Origin: Oculina patagonica
Lineage: Eukaryota
Length of the DNA stretch: 64,000 bases
Assembly: GCF_052425735.1 (NCBI RefSeq)
Contig: NC_135765.1
Location: 31,992,001 to 32,056,000, forward strand
Direction of reading: 5' to 3'
Part shown: piece by piece, positions 41,031 through 54,500 of the stretch
Numbering within the stretch: position 1 is the first letter of the stretch
How the letters are laid out: each line of letters opens with the position of its first letter
Made by a program: the position numbers and the translations under genes
Notes under the pieces: model-generated
Seen by the model: the letters and a program-made list of their open reading frames with translations, nothing else
Told to the model about the DNA's origin: nothing
The model's database searches: none

Positions 41031-41210
41031 CAGTCAACTCTCGCCTTGCGGACACCCCGCTATTGCGGACACTAACTATTACGGACAAAATTCAGATCCC
41101 CGGCGAAAGAGGTTTGACTGGAAATGACTCCCGCTATTACGGCGCGGACTCTCGCTATAACGGACTCTAAACGACGCCCCAAGCATGTCCGCTATAACGA
41201 GAGTTGACTG
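41031..41210. mobile_element. Tc1/mariner-like MITE
   Basis: ta|cagtcaactctcg ... cgagagttgactg|ta, with cggaca repeats. Confidence 0.8.
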
Positions 41211-41296
41211 TAATTGGCGGGGTGGAAAGCTTACATCAGTGATTTTAACGTATATATTACTCTGCACTTAATTGGAGATAATTTATCGTAGAGTCC

Positions 41297-44200
41297 TCAC
41301 GCTGCAGAGGAAAGCAAAGGTTGAACTTGACCTAGCTGAGGGCTGTGTTTATAAGTTTCAGATTTTAAATTTACCCTCCGTGCCGCTCGGATTACAATTA
41401 TTACCAGCCTCACAAGCTGCGAAATTAACGAAAAGGATACAAAAACTGCAAACACGAGAGGAACGGCACAGAGTAAGATAGCTTCTGTCAAAAGAAAGCT
41501 TTGTACATACTGCGCTTGAACACCTCTAGCCTCAGTCCCCTCTGAGTAATAGGATGTGACTCCAACGTTCAGTATTGCTATGACGACCAGGCTTGTCAGG
41601 GAAACGGTTTCAGCGAAGTTGTCGCGGAACTGGACAAATGGCTTCCGGGACACGTGATGCAAAAGGAAAAACAGGCATAGGATTGTCAGGCAGACAGAGC
41701 GCAGAAACGCATGCTTGAGAACCGAGCCAATCACGATCAGTATAAATCGGCGCCCAATAAGAACGCATTCCCAGTGAATCCTTCCAGATAATCGGTTACC
41801 CTCTGGTTTGCAAAATGGAGCGGTTAGGACTTCAAGAACTGGGTGTCCTGTGGTGAACGAAAAATAAGTGTCCTTGCCGTCTTCACGATAAAAAATGCTG
41901 CACGGAGATTTAATTTCTTGACAGTGACGTATTACTTTCACGACATAAGCAATGAGGAGGAGGAGAAGGTATGGAAGCGGAAAAAAGCACACCAGTATGA
42001 AACTCTTTGCTGAAATCTGCCCTCGATACAGCTGAAATGAAGCAAAATATAGCGCGAATATAAACGGGACCAAGTACAGAGCTATTCCCAAAATAGCCGC
42101 CGTATGCCACCACTGATTGCACGTGATTTCGGCGTCGTAATACCAGCGAGACACGTGCTGTATTTCTACACACTTCAGCAGCTTCATTGCTGTTCCAGTT
42201 GCCGCTGAGTATCCTAGCAACAAGATTTCCAGGGTCGCTCCAAGGTAAGGACCACTTGGGGGGAGCACTGGTGTACGCTTGCGTAGTTTGTTCAGACCGC
42301 TGTGCAAGAGGTAAATAGCTGGGATCGACAATAAGATAGCCGTGACAGCTGCAAGTTGGAACAGTGTTTTTGAAAGCGATGTGATTCCTGGAAAGGGGCA
42401 GATCCTCCAATCATTATTGACAGACATCTTAAAGTCAAGAAGGCTTATCACTGGTAATGCAATGTTATCTTTTAACACCCCGCTCACGCCATAGTACGAG
42501 GCGGTCAATACTCCAGCAATTTGATAGAAGTAAAAGAGAATTTTTAAGAATCCAGAACTTGATGAACTGCTGTCTGTTTTGGCTTCACTGTCCAGGCTGT
42601 TGTAATCGTCGTGAGCTTTCCCTCTGAGCCTCGGAAGAAACCATGTAAGATTTGTCATCAATATTTCAACCACTGGCGGCTTTCGAATGAGAAACAGAGC
42701 AAATGATATTATGAAGATGAAAATAATGATCAAATACCACCAATGGGTGCAGTCTTCGACTGGAAGACAGTTCGTTGTAAACAGCGTCTCACTGAAATCC
42801 CGCTTACATCTTCCGCAAAGAATCCCTGTCCGGTTTCCTTGACAACCAGAATGCAGGTAGCTACTGCTGTGGTAAGCGCATGTTTGATTGACAGCCGGAC
42901 AGCAGTAACCTTGGGGACAGAGCTTAAAGTGCACCTTATTGCCAATAGGATATCCCCAAAAGTTGTGCCTTGCTGAAAGAGAAGAGGTGCAGTTCCCATT
43001 CGTCGGGCAAGGCAGGCATTTAGGGTTATCCCTAATAGTGAATCCTTTACTGCTGCCTCTGTTAATACTGTAAGTTCCTATGGGACATGGCTCGGTGATT
43101 AATGAAAACGACGTGATTTGAGTTTTAGAGTTCGGCCTTTCTTCCAAGTGTGAGAAATTATGCAGAAGAAGCTTAGAGCTGACCGGGGATTTGATTTGTA
43201 CCGAATCGTTCATGACTACCTTGTGTACACCTTTAACAAGGATGAGAATCTTACCATCTCTACTAGGTGGATCCAACACAAACGAACTCTCACGGATTGA
43301 CATGTTTCCTGCACTTGCCACTGTTAAGAATCCATTGTATGGTTTCTCATTCGAGGCACGGTAGACTTGGGATTTCTCAAACTGATAGAAGTTGGTTTTG
43401 TAAATTGTCAGTTCGCCGTTTGTCCGCATCTGCACGCGCATGTGCGAGCCATCTATACCACCGAAGTTGTTTGCAAAATTGCTATTTTGAATGTCAACTT
43501 TTTCGACATCAAGTATTGTTAGCGTGCTTTCAGTAACTCCGGAATTCCCGCGAAACTCCGTATTGTTTATTGTGACCCGATGGTTGGAAACCACGATCGG
43601 AGAGCACCGGTCGGACGACAAAACAGAAATCTTCACCACTCCCGATTTGCAAAAATTGTTCAGGAATGTATTTGCTTGGAAAAGCAAGAAATTCTGCCCC
43701 TCATACACGGAAACCCGAAAGATAGAACTTTTTGCTGTGCAGTTGTTGTTCAAAAATGAAACATTCTTGAATTGATACTTCGATCTGTTACCTATTCTGC
43801 CGACAGCGGTTTCCGTGTAAAGATATAACTGAAAGTTAACGTTGTCGCTTATTATGGAATTCTCCACAAGGATGTCTTTGGTTCCAAAGTATATTCCACC
43901 TCCTGAATTATTTTGTATTTTGCAGGAGCTTATTATCAAGACACTTGAAACAAAGGAAATGTCAAGGCGACCGCTCCCTTTGTTTTCAAAGAACGTCGAG
44001 TTTTGCATTATTATCCTCGACTGAAATAAACTACCAGAAACTACAAGTTGAATAGCACTGATCCCTGAATCGCCTGAATTTCGGATGAATTCACAGTTCG
44101 AAACAACAGCGTCCCTATAAAGAGTGGCCATGAAAGCGTGAATTGCTCCAGCAGTGTTCATTCCTTTTGCTTTATTGCCTTTGAAAGTGCTGTTTGTTAA

Positions 44201-46563
44201 TGATAGGCTCTGAGCGTGTAACATGTACAAAGTCAACGCACCACCTCCTCCGGCTTCCTTGGACACTGATTGGAGGATATTACCTCTGAAATGCGAGTTG
44301 CGAATATCTATGGTAGCATTATTTTGCGCCGAACTATAATAAATTCCTACAGTTATAGCACCGCCTGTGACCCAGGCTTCGTTTTGGACAAAATGGCAGC
44401 TGTCGATATCCAATATCAGCAAAAACATATCCTGGAAAGAACACGCACCGCCACTTTCAGCTTTGTTAGATCTAAAGTCTGACCGCAACAGAGAGACGAA
44501 AGCCTTCTGCGCGAATCCGCTGACAGAAACAGCTCCTCCGTTCCCCCTCTGTCCAATTTCGTTCTCAACAAACGTTCCTTTCGCGATTTGCAACTCAAGC
44601 ATATTGTTATTGTGAAGATTGACAGCTCTACCGGCGTTTTTTGTAAAGTGCGTTGATTTGAACTCGACGTATGCGTTTGAAGAATTACGAATGTCGAGAA
44701 TACTTTCTCCAGCTTTGTTATCCTCAAAAGTTACTTGATTCATCTCTAGGATTAATTTTCCTTTTACGCCAGCGACAATTTCAAAACATGCAAGACCAGA
44801 ACAATTATTTTGTGAGACAGTTATGTTTGTAAAATTAACAGTGAATTTAGCGATCTCTTGTACTTGTGAGGTTTGTGCTGACATTGTCAATAAAGTGTCG
44901 CTTTCATTGTAAAGCTTATTTTTAGTAAACGAGGAATTCGAAATGATCAAATTCACTGAATTGCCGGAAATCTTTAGACCACTGGCGCTGTTGTTTTGAA
45001 AGCTGCAGACATCCAGATCAATGTTTCCTGCAGATTTTTGGGAAAAGTTCAGGGAAACCGCGCCATTGGAACCATTTACGAAACTACAGTCGGTCATCTT
45101 CAAAGAACATTCATCAAGATGTAGAGCAGTGTTAACGAATGTAATTCCTCTCAAAGAAACCCCATTAGAAGCATTTACACTGGAGTCACACGAAAATCGA
45201 AAGCTATTGTTCTTGCAAGCAATAAACGCACGAGTGTTATAACTGCGCATGATCACACTAGCCGTCTTGGAACGAGATTGTTCCTTCTCTCCAATGGAGT
45301 TAGACTCGCAAGGATAAGGGTCATGTGACGTGCCTGCTCCGTCAATGTTGATGACGTCACCGTCAAACGCACGCGAGGTAGCTTTGTGGATGGTTTTGCA
45401 CGGGAGAGACGATTGAAGACCGCAGTCAAGGGCTGAGCTTCCATGAAGTCTTGAGACAAACCACTCTTTGGCAGAGACGTTTCCTAGTTTAATTACAAAA
45501 ATAAAAGCAAATAAAACAAAAGTTTCCGATACAGAAACACTTCATTGATTATGTTGATAAACTGTGTAAATTATGGCCGTACAGGATTTGGAAAAGCTAA
45601 CGTTTCGGATGTTAGCCCTTCTTCGGGGCAACAAAATACTGAAAATAAAGTACGGTAAGCTAAGTTAAAAATTGAAGGAAAACAATCGTCTTTGAATCGA
45701 GGGCTCGAGGCAAGCTATTCACATATTTGAGCTTGATCAAAATCACCGCTCAAAGGAAAATGACCCAGTTATCTCTTTCCCCGCTATCTCGAACTATATT
45801 TTGTTTCCCAATTCACTTCCTACGTTCTGATGACTTGCTCGTGACTTTTGGCATCACGCTTACGGTCACGCGTCACGAACTCAGACAAGTCACGCGATAC
45901 TTTGTAAAGCGAAAATCACAGCCACACAAGGCTAAATTTTTTTAGAAGAAGGAAGGTAGAAAGTTTAAATCGATTCCTAACTTATAGTAAAGCCATTTTC
46001 TTTTCTCGTTGGTGGCCTATGTTAAAGATAATTGGGATACATCCCCTCAGTATTAAACACGCAAGAAAACAACAAACTTCCTGCACCGACTTTAGTTCGA
46101 GTTTGTACAAAACCCTTTTGCTCCTCAAGACATTTTAGATAATTAAATTAGCCATTGACGATCTACTTTAAATCAGCACCTCTTGCAACAGAACCCTGTT
46201 CGAAATTCGAAGTGGTGTTCTAACGCATTTACAAATGTTGCCTTCAGGCCGGGCACCGGAACTTGACTAAACGTTTACCCGGAGAGTTTAACGAAAATTG
46301 TCGCTTAAATGCTTTCTTCAAATGTGTATTTTGAAAAAATCTTTGCTAAATACACCATTAAAACAAGAAATATTACTCTTTTAAAAATGTCTTGAATCGT
46401 TCGTTATATTTCCCCGTAGACAAAGCTAAACAATCTATGTACTTTATAATCGATTACAAAGCATCAAATAAAATATTAAGCGGTGTATCAAATGAAGATT
46501 TCACATACCGTAGGAGCAGAATCCACTCAAGAAAAACAGCCAAAGAAAGCATACAAAACCCAT
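41297..46563 (-). CDS. Large orphan membrane protein, 1413 aa: signal peptide, Pmp/pectin-lyase-like beta-helix repeats, Cys-rich domain, multi-pass (7TM-like) C-terminus
   Basis: Signal-peptide exon 46563-46509 (MGFVCFLWLFFLSGFCSY, phase-1 donor gtatgt) splices to a 4187-nt exon 45483-41297 (4242 nt total). This extends ORF 41297..45256 with GNVSAKEWFVS..DCG..PCKTI. FxxN and GGA repeats are followed by PCPIGTYS, CPQGYCC, CQGNRTGILCGRC and about eight hydrophobic helices. Confidence 0.85.
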
Positions 46564-46940
46564 TCTATTGCTATAACCAGACTGGACTACATGTGAATGC
46601 AAGTTTTCGACAAACGCTGCCTTCAAATACGAAAATCTGCAACCTGTTTAACATGATATAGGGCTTGTACGGTCACTTCCGTTCTTCTGGGAAATTCCCG
46701 TTTTGTCACGAGAGAGGGTGGAAACCAACACGCACAGATCACAAGGCATGATGAAATTTTTTGGCGTTTCAACACACTTGTCATTCAAGATCAACGGTCT
46801 GAGGAGTTGTACAAATAATTTTTATTATATACATGCAAACCGTAAATTCACTATCGTTCGGCAAATTTCACTCTTGATAAACTTTATGTTTCCTTGCGAA
46901 TAATCACACAAGGTCTCGCGGTCAACAAGCAATCTTGTAA

Positions 46941-47250
46941 TGCACCTATCAATGGTTTAAATAAAATCGAAAAAAAAAAAAACCTAACAAGAAAATGGAG
47001 AAATAAACTCGTAAAAAAAATATAAAAGCCAGTAGCCTCTAGGGGAATTTGATTTTTTTTGGAATCCAGAGTTGAATTCCCCACCCCTGGGCACCTAGTG
47101 AATGTCAAATTTCACATATCTCCTCTTAAATTTCTAGCCCAGCAGACCATTTTAGATGTCAAAATCCCTACCCTGGGAGAACTTACGATGTCAAATTCCG
47201 GCCCGTGGGTTGCCCGCCCCCCATCCTGGGGCAAACCATTGATAGGTGCA
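46941..47250. mobile_element. MITE
   Basis: TIRs tgcacctatcaatggttt / aaaccattgataggtgca, flanked by taa on both sides. Confidence 0.75.
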
Positions 47251-47792
47251 TAATTCGGTTTCTGTTTTGTATTTTAATTCAAGTTTGTCTTTAAACCACA
47301 AAATATAAATCTTAAATATTAAATAAGGTTTACAATGTAGATATTTACAGTTTTCTGTACAAAAATGTATATACCTTGTAAAACATTTTTATATGAGTCG
47401 CCTTTCATCCTCTTTTCAGAACGTGTCCATTCTTCCCTCGTAATTGATCTGCAAAAAAGGTAAATTCATAATATCTTAATTTTCAGGTTGAAACTTTTTT
47501 GTCACGGTGTCTGGAACTGTCACGTCAGCGTGGACACGCATCCGCCTCCTTGACAGTCACGCAACATTTTAAATAAATGCAGGAGGCTGATAAATGACAC
47601 TGTTATTTATTCTAAGCATCATTTTGAGAAGCAAAAACAACAAACATTCTTATATGTCGGTGAAACCAATAATATCCTGCATGCTGTTGCCTTTCTAGGT
47701 AGTAAACAACGCAAAAATCTTGAATTTTCGATCAGTGACACCCTAAAAATTCTGATCTTTCATTGATGCGCTAAGCCGCTCAGCAAGGATTA

Positions 47793-48336
47793 CAGTCAAC
47801 TCTCTCTTAACGGACACCTCTATAAGACGGACACCTCCAGAAGACGGACACCTGGTGATGGTCCCTGCCGTTTTTCAGTCATTTTACTGTAACAAAACTC
47901 TCTGTAAGACGGACACCTTTCTAAGACGGACAACGGACAATTTGAAACCGCCAACGGACACGTACAAAAAGTTATTTTTTAGTGAAGATATAGCATAGTA
48001 GGTCAGCGCCTGTAGAATACCAAAAACAAAAACAAACGGCGGCTATAACGTATTCCTTAAGTATTTGGCACCAAAGAGGTAGTTTTATACTTACGGCATT
48101 ACCGTTTGTAATGAACAAACAAGTCAAATTTCTGATATTATTTTTGTTCCACTTTATTGGTTTTGCTCAAGTAAGCGACTCAAAACAGACGTGTATTCGT
48201 TTTACATAGCCGTTTAGCTTTATCTTCTCAAAATTTCTGGTGTCACATTACCTCGACTCTCTATAAGCCGGACACCTCTCTAAGACGGACAGTTGGGGCC
48301 GGTCCCGACGGTGTCCGTCTTAAAAAGAGTTGACTG
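47793..48336. mobile_element. Tc1/mariner-like MITE in the divergent intergenic region
   Basis: ta|cagtcaactct ... agagttgactg|ta, with many taagacggacac repeats. Termini are related to 41031-41210. Confidence 0.85.
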
Positions 48337-48515
48337 TAATCGGCTGTGGGTGTCTATTTAACAAAATAGTCCGGAAGAGTCCAAAAGTCCAAGACCGGTG
48401 TCAACAAGTTTCATATTTTGGGTCTCAGTCTTCCACGGTCAACTCGCGAGGTTCCTAAGTCAGCGTCGTCTGAGTGCAAACGACGAAAAAGTTGAAGATC
48501 AAAGATTTGTGCAAA

Positions 48516-51500
48516 ATGTCCACCAACATTGACAGGTCCCTTGGTAGGTATTCTAACACTTTATGAAATGAAGTTTACTTGGGAAATTTAGGTCTTTCTT
48601 CTTGGATTTCGCAGGGGTAATTAGCTGTAGAAGTGTAGCTTGTGCTAGGTACAAAACTTTGTTTTGATTTCGTGTCAACAACAGCTTTGTAAGCTTATAT
48701 GGTTTTCAGTTAATTTTTTTTTAAAAAATATGTAAGCTTAAATGGAATGTTTACGCTTTTCAAATATGTAGGAAAAAGGTTAAAAAGTCTAGTGGAATTT
48801 TCAGAAGGATAACTTGACGAGACGTACATAACTGACAAGGCTTTGTGGACGACATTTATAAGCAATTTCGTACAAGAGTAGTTTTGGATCAACAAACATG
48901 CAACGTTTAATTTTAAAAATGTCTTTATTCTTCGAATATTGTAGGATATTAATTTATGCTGGTATTAATGAAGAGTTGTGGATTCGTTTGGTGAATTGAA
49001 GTTAAATCGTTTAAAAGTGAATGGTATAAATGGTACAATGGTATAATTTATTAATCATGTTTACTTTTTCTCAAATCTTAATAGTACATGTAGTGACAAA
49101 GAGCATTTATTCTAAAAATGCTACTCTCCTCGGTCAACTAAGATTTTGAAAGTGGCAAGCAGTTTGTAAGGGCTAATTTTATATTTTCACTGTATGAATC
49201 CAAATTTTTTACACTATTCTTAGATAAGTTTTATATTTTAAGGTGTCCCCTTTTAGTAGAGGGATCTTCCCTCGGCTATTTTATAACAGATACAGCCTTT
49301 ATTCATTTATTATATCATAAGTTTTCCTTAATAAATTTATAAGGGCTCTCGAAAAATTGGGGGTAAAACTGCAGTGCTTGAATGAGTGAAGCATTCCAAG
49401 GTAAACTAGTTTTGGTTTGAGTTATCGAGAGGTTTGAGATGGTGTGCGACAAGTGAAGATTGCTGACTAGCACCTTTTTTACTATATTTAGTGTTACCGT
49501 TACCATAATTAAGAGCTAACCATAAATAGGCTAACCAGGGCGTTATTCCGGCTAACTGGAGTGCTATTGAGGCTAACTGAAGTGCCAGTCTGCAGTCTGC
49601 ATTTGTCGCACACCAGGTTCGAGAAACACTGGTCCAAGAAATTGGGATTTCACTGTTTTGAGTTTTTCCAATATTAAGTGTTCTTGTATTTTGGTGTATA
49701 GACGACATAATCAAAGATCAAAGAAAGCTTAAAAGGAAGACACAGAAACTCAAGACACAGCAAGCTCAGAAAAAAGGAGCACAACAACGGCAAGGGAAAA
49801 AACAAACTAAAGGAGCCAATCAGAATCAAAAAAGGAGGATAGCTGGGAAACAGGGTGGTCAGTCTGTGCAACAACGACAGGGAACCCAGGGTCGAAAAAA
49901 AGCTGGAAGACAAGGTGGTCAGCAGGCACAACAAAGACAGGGCACCCAGGGTCGTAGAAGAGCACAGGGTACCCAAGGCCAAAGAAAAGCAATAGGCGGA
50001 AAACGGCAAGGACGGATTGGAGGTGGTAATCAGAACTTTAAGAAAAATACAACAGGAAACAAAGGAAGGTTTGGTGGTGCTAAAGTTACTGCAAACAGAC
50101 TTAAAAACAAACAAGGCTCTTTACAAAAGGTTCGTTCTTTTTTATGTTTTGGTTGCTCTGCCTTCTTTTCCCCTGTTTTGATTTCCAGAAAACCTACCTC
50201 TGCTATAGAGGAATTTAGGTTTGAGTCTGGCCAGAACATTGTGTTGTATTGTTACGAAAAACACTCTTCTCTCACAGTGTCTCTCGCCACTCAGGGCTTG
50301 ATTATTCAAAGGCTTGATAAATGCTATTGATCTGATTAATCACTATCCAATGGATAGTGTAGTTTGCTTTGCTAACATTTTGTTCACTGTCCAGATAGCA
50401 ATTTATCCAGTAAATAGCATTATACACCCTTTAAACTCATCTAATGGGTACCTGCAAAATGTTTTGGGCAGCCTTTGACGGACCTGCATCTCTCACGGAG
50501 GAAGTACAAAAGCAATCCGTACGTGTGCAGTGTTAAGATGGCCTTTTTAGCTTCTCCAATTCTAGTAATGAAACATACTTGTAGCCATTGCAAATAGTTG
50601 AAGCTGCTTTTTACGCCAATTTTATTGCTACAAATCTTGTCTTTTGTTATCAACAGAGTAAGCAGATCATTTCCAAAGCTAAGCAGATTCAGCAGAACAA
50701 CAGACCCAAGAACAGACTGAACAGGCAGACACAACAAAGAGATGCCAGGCAAAATATTATCAATATCAGGAGAGGAATGCAGGTAAACTGAAATGTACTA
50801 ACTGTATTATAAATCAAGTATTCACTGTACACTTATATTAGGAACCTAATTAAATTTGTCACTAACTCCAATACTGTTGTTGCTGTTTTTTTCTTGGTAT
50901 CAACTTAGGGTCAGTTAAAGGGAAACAGGCAAAACAAGGCTCAACAAAATTCAAGAAACCTTGGAACACCTAAACTTCAAAGACGAAACAGGTACATAAA
51001 ATGTTTCATTCAAGACACATGTGTATTCACATTTACCTTCATGAGGTCACAAGGATTGTATTGCAGCAGTAGCTATTAACATAAAAGAGAAAAAGTAGCT
51101 GTTTTTGTAAATAGTCTTTTTTGTGCGTGTATGTGTCGAAAAAAAGTTATTAAAAGGAAAAAAATAAAAGAGAAAAAATAAGTGTACTATTGATTTTTGG
51201 TTTATATATCAAAATATCTTTTGTTTTGTTTTTTAGGAGAGGAATTCAATCTCCCCAGCTTACTGTCTCCATTAATAACCCCAGAGTTAGGTCTGTATCA
51301 CAAATTGATTTCATTGTTGTTAAATTTTGCATCTAGGTACCGGGGTAATTAAAAAAATCCAGGATAGTGATTTTTTGGTTTAATATGGTGTTCAAAATGC
51401 TAGTAGGAACTTTGAGAACATATTTTTGATTACCAGTTCTCTAATTTGAAAGCTGAATTAACCAAACTCTCATAACAAATAGAACATTTAAATTTTTCAT

Positions 51501-54500
51501 ACTGGTCCCCAAACATAAGTACACTTTTTGTGTGTGTTTTTTTATAGCAATAGGTGAAGGAGTTTGTATAAAAATCACGGCAATTTCTCTTTAGTGATCA
51601 CTTTCTTACAGTAGCTCTCTTGACCCTATTTCAGAATTATGTATCGAGATTCAGGGTTGTCTAGAGAATTTTAAATGGAAGAAGGGTAGAAAAGGAAAAC
51701 AAAACAAACACATTTTGCACCACCCAGAATGAGTAGATGATGATTTTTTCTGGTTGCCAAGGTTCCTGGAGAACATTGGATGTTATAAGGCAAGACTGTA
51801 AATAAATTTGACTTCAATCTTTAGAATAACAAGAACCCCACAATGGCAACAAGTGACAAATCAGCTGAATAACCAAAACAACAGGAGAAGATGGAGAGGA
51901 AAAGGCAGAGGTAATCCTTCAACCATGGGCCCTACGGAGGACCTGAGGATTTCAGTGCCAAACAATTTACATCGGGTGAGTCATGCAGTACCTTGAATAT
52001 ACATCTTATTAACCAAGTGTAAGGGCCATATTGGAAGAATATTAGCCTAAGATCTTGATAATATGGACCAAGTGTGCAGTAAGGTCTGTACAGAAAAGAC
52101 AGAAGGCCAGTCTTCTGATCTCTCAGAACGGTTTTGAGCAAGCTTGGTTAAATAGAGGATAATCCATGGTTGCGCTGAGATATGAAATTTATCTTCGAGT
52201 GTTCAAATCGATAGCTCACGAGTGAGCGCAGCGAACGAAAGAGCTATGGGATTTGAACACGAGAAGATAAAATAATGCCATATCTCGAATAATGCCAAAC
52301 CTACTAATAACGATGTTTTGACGATTTTCCGAAGATTTCCGAAAATTTTCAAAATGTTGTCCAAAGGTTGTATGAATGATTCCGAACATTTTCCGAAAAT
52401 TTCCGAGATGTTTTCCGAAGATCACCGAAGATTACTGAGGAAGATCCAAAGATGTTTCGACTTAATATCGATTTACTTTGGCTCATTGAGCATTAAAACA
52501 TGGCAACTCTGCGAGCTGATTGGTCAAAAATGATGTAACACATGTGTGGATATCATTTTTATCCACACGTGTGTAGTCGCAAATCCACAAAATCCACACA
52601 ACTCAACTTTATTCTACATGTATTCCAACCATCGAGATCGCTTACGAGTTACGCTTGTTCTCTTTCGTTTAACGATTCGCTGAAAACCAAATATTATCGA
52701 ACAATAAGTAAGCCTGTAAAATCTTACATCGTGTAAACTGAACATTTTTGGAAAAACTTACATTATGTTGGAGATTTCCTGGTAAAGTCCATAACTACAA
52801 AACTTCAAACATGGCGACTGTTTCTCCTCGTGCTCAAAGGGCACAGTCGCTAAGCTTATTGGGTCCACAGGCTACCCAACACGAACGAATCACAATAACA
52901 CAACAAATTGTCAAACTAAGGTTACAACACATGTGTGATACCATTTTTCTCGATTTGCTACCACTCGCTAAACCACTGCAGTTGGTATAGGTAATCACAT
53001 GATTTCGAGTGCAATTTGGAATAAATAAGCACGATTCAATTTTTCAAAGGCTTACAAAATTGCATGAGCCCATAGGGCGAGTGCAATTTGTAGTCTTTGA
53101 AAAATTTACGAGTGCTTATTTATCCCAAATTGCACGAGAAAAATCATGTGATTACTTATTAATAATATTCATGAAAAAATTGCGAGAAAACAAGATGCGC
53201 AAATCTCGTACAAAAACAATTTATTCAAACTCAGCAAATATCATCACGCGTTCATTCAAAACAAGATCAAAGCTCAAACAACGTACAGGTTCCTCAATGT
53301 TTTAAAAGTTTTTTAGTCAAAAAATCTGGCTTAAGAGTTAACGAATTGTCTGAATAAAAGATTCTGGGTTTTACCTCTTCCAAAGATTTCCTTCTGCTTC
53401 TAATACTTGTCGAGCTTTGCTTGGGTGCTTTCCACTCGACGGTCAGCCAAGTGGAGCTGTTTCGCTTTTCATTTCAACACTTCCTTGGATGAAACAATTC
53501 TCTTTCTCGTACAATAGAAAGCCTATAAGTTCTGTTCTGTAAGTACAGTGTCTTTCAAGCGATGTAAGCATAACGTTGAGGCTTTCTGGTCCATAACCTT
53601 CGAAAATGTGTTTGTTGTGTTTGAATTCGGCGTAAATAAATTTGCTCAAGCAAAGCGTGAAGCTTAGTCGGTTTGTAGTTTCGATTACGTCGGCAATTTC
53701 CTTCTTAGGAAACAAGTTATTCCAAAGCGAGAACGAAAAACCAGTGCTTTTCAGTGCTATGGTATTTACAGCTGTCTTCTGGTCCTCTACTGTGCTCAAA
53801 ACGCCAGCCATTTTTTTTACTCACATCTTGAAGCAAATCCAAACTTCGCGCCATTCAAATCGCGTGGAAGCGTTTGATTGGCCCCCTGTGGCTGCCTTTG
53901 TTTATTCATCAATCAGGATGCCGCGTTTTTTTCTTTTTTTTTGCACTGAATTTCGTCATTTCTGCATCAAATTTCTTAAAAACTGCATTTCTCTAAGCCA
54001 ATCAGATTCGAGAAATTTTTTGATGTATATTATTAATATAATACATGTAATAAGAGATTACCACTGATATTATAACAAAATTTCCCTCAGTGCTTTTCCA
54101 GAGGGATTTTTACTTTTTTTACAGAAATCAGTCAGAATTTGTTTTTGAATAGGTACTAGGTACATGTTCATAGCCCGACATTGTAAAAGTCAGTTGTTCA
54201 CAAGAAGAGCGTTTCCATTGAAAACAAACCAGTATGTAATTTTGAGAGTATATTGTATCAACATTGAAAAGGACACCCATGGTGGATCAAGCCTTTAGCA
54301 CTCACTTGGTTTCCAAGGAAACAATCACATTTTTCCAGGATCTAGGCCTGATATCATACATTAATTTTTGCAGGTTAATTATTCATTCAGAACATTAATG
54401 AAAGTAATGCATTGATGTTAGTAAATAAAATTACTAAGACATTATCGTGTTTTATTAATTCTATTACTGGACTGGTTTTTCTTGCAGCCTGCCCCACTCA

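Noticed and set aside
41272-45242. Numerous short antisense or alternate-frame ORFs over the large exon (also over TMTC, RTE and Sola3 exons)
   Set aside because: They are shadow ORFs of real coding sequence with no independent motifs.
41297-45483. Bacterial contamination or recent horizontal transfer of an autotransporter gene
   Set aside because: The gene has a spliced signal exon, a eukaryotic Cys-rich module, alpha-helical TM segments rather than a beta-barrel, and host MITEs on both sides.
45484-45545. Apparent signal peptide (SVSETFVLFAFIFVI) with an ATG one base out of frame, suggesting a frameshifted pseudogene
   Set aside because: This T-rich stretch is the polypyrimidine tract of an intron ending ctag at 45484. 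A proper signal-peptide exon at 46563-46509 splices in frame.
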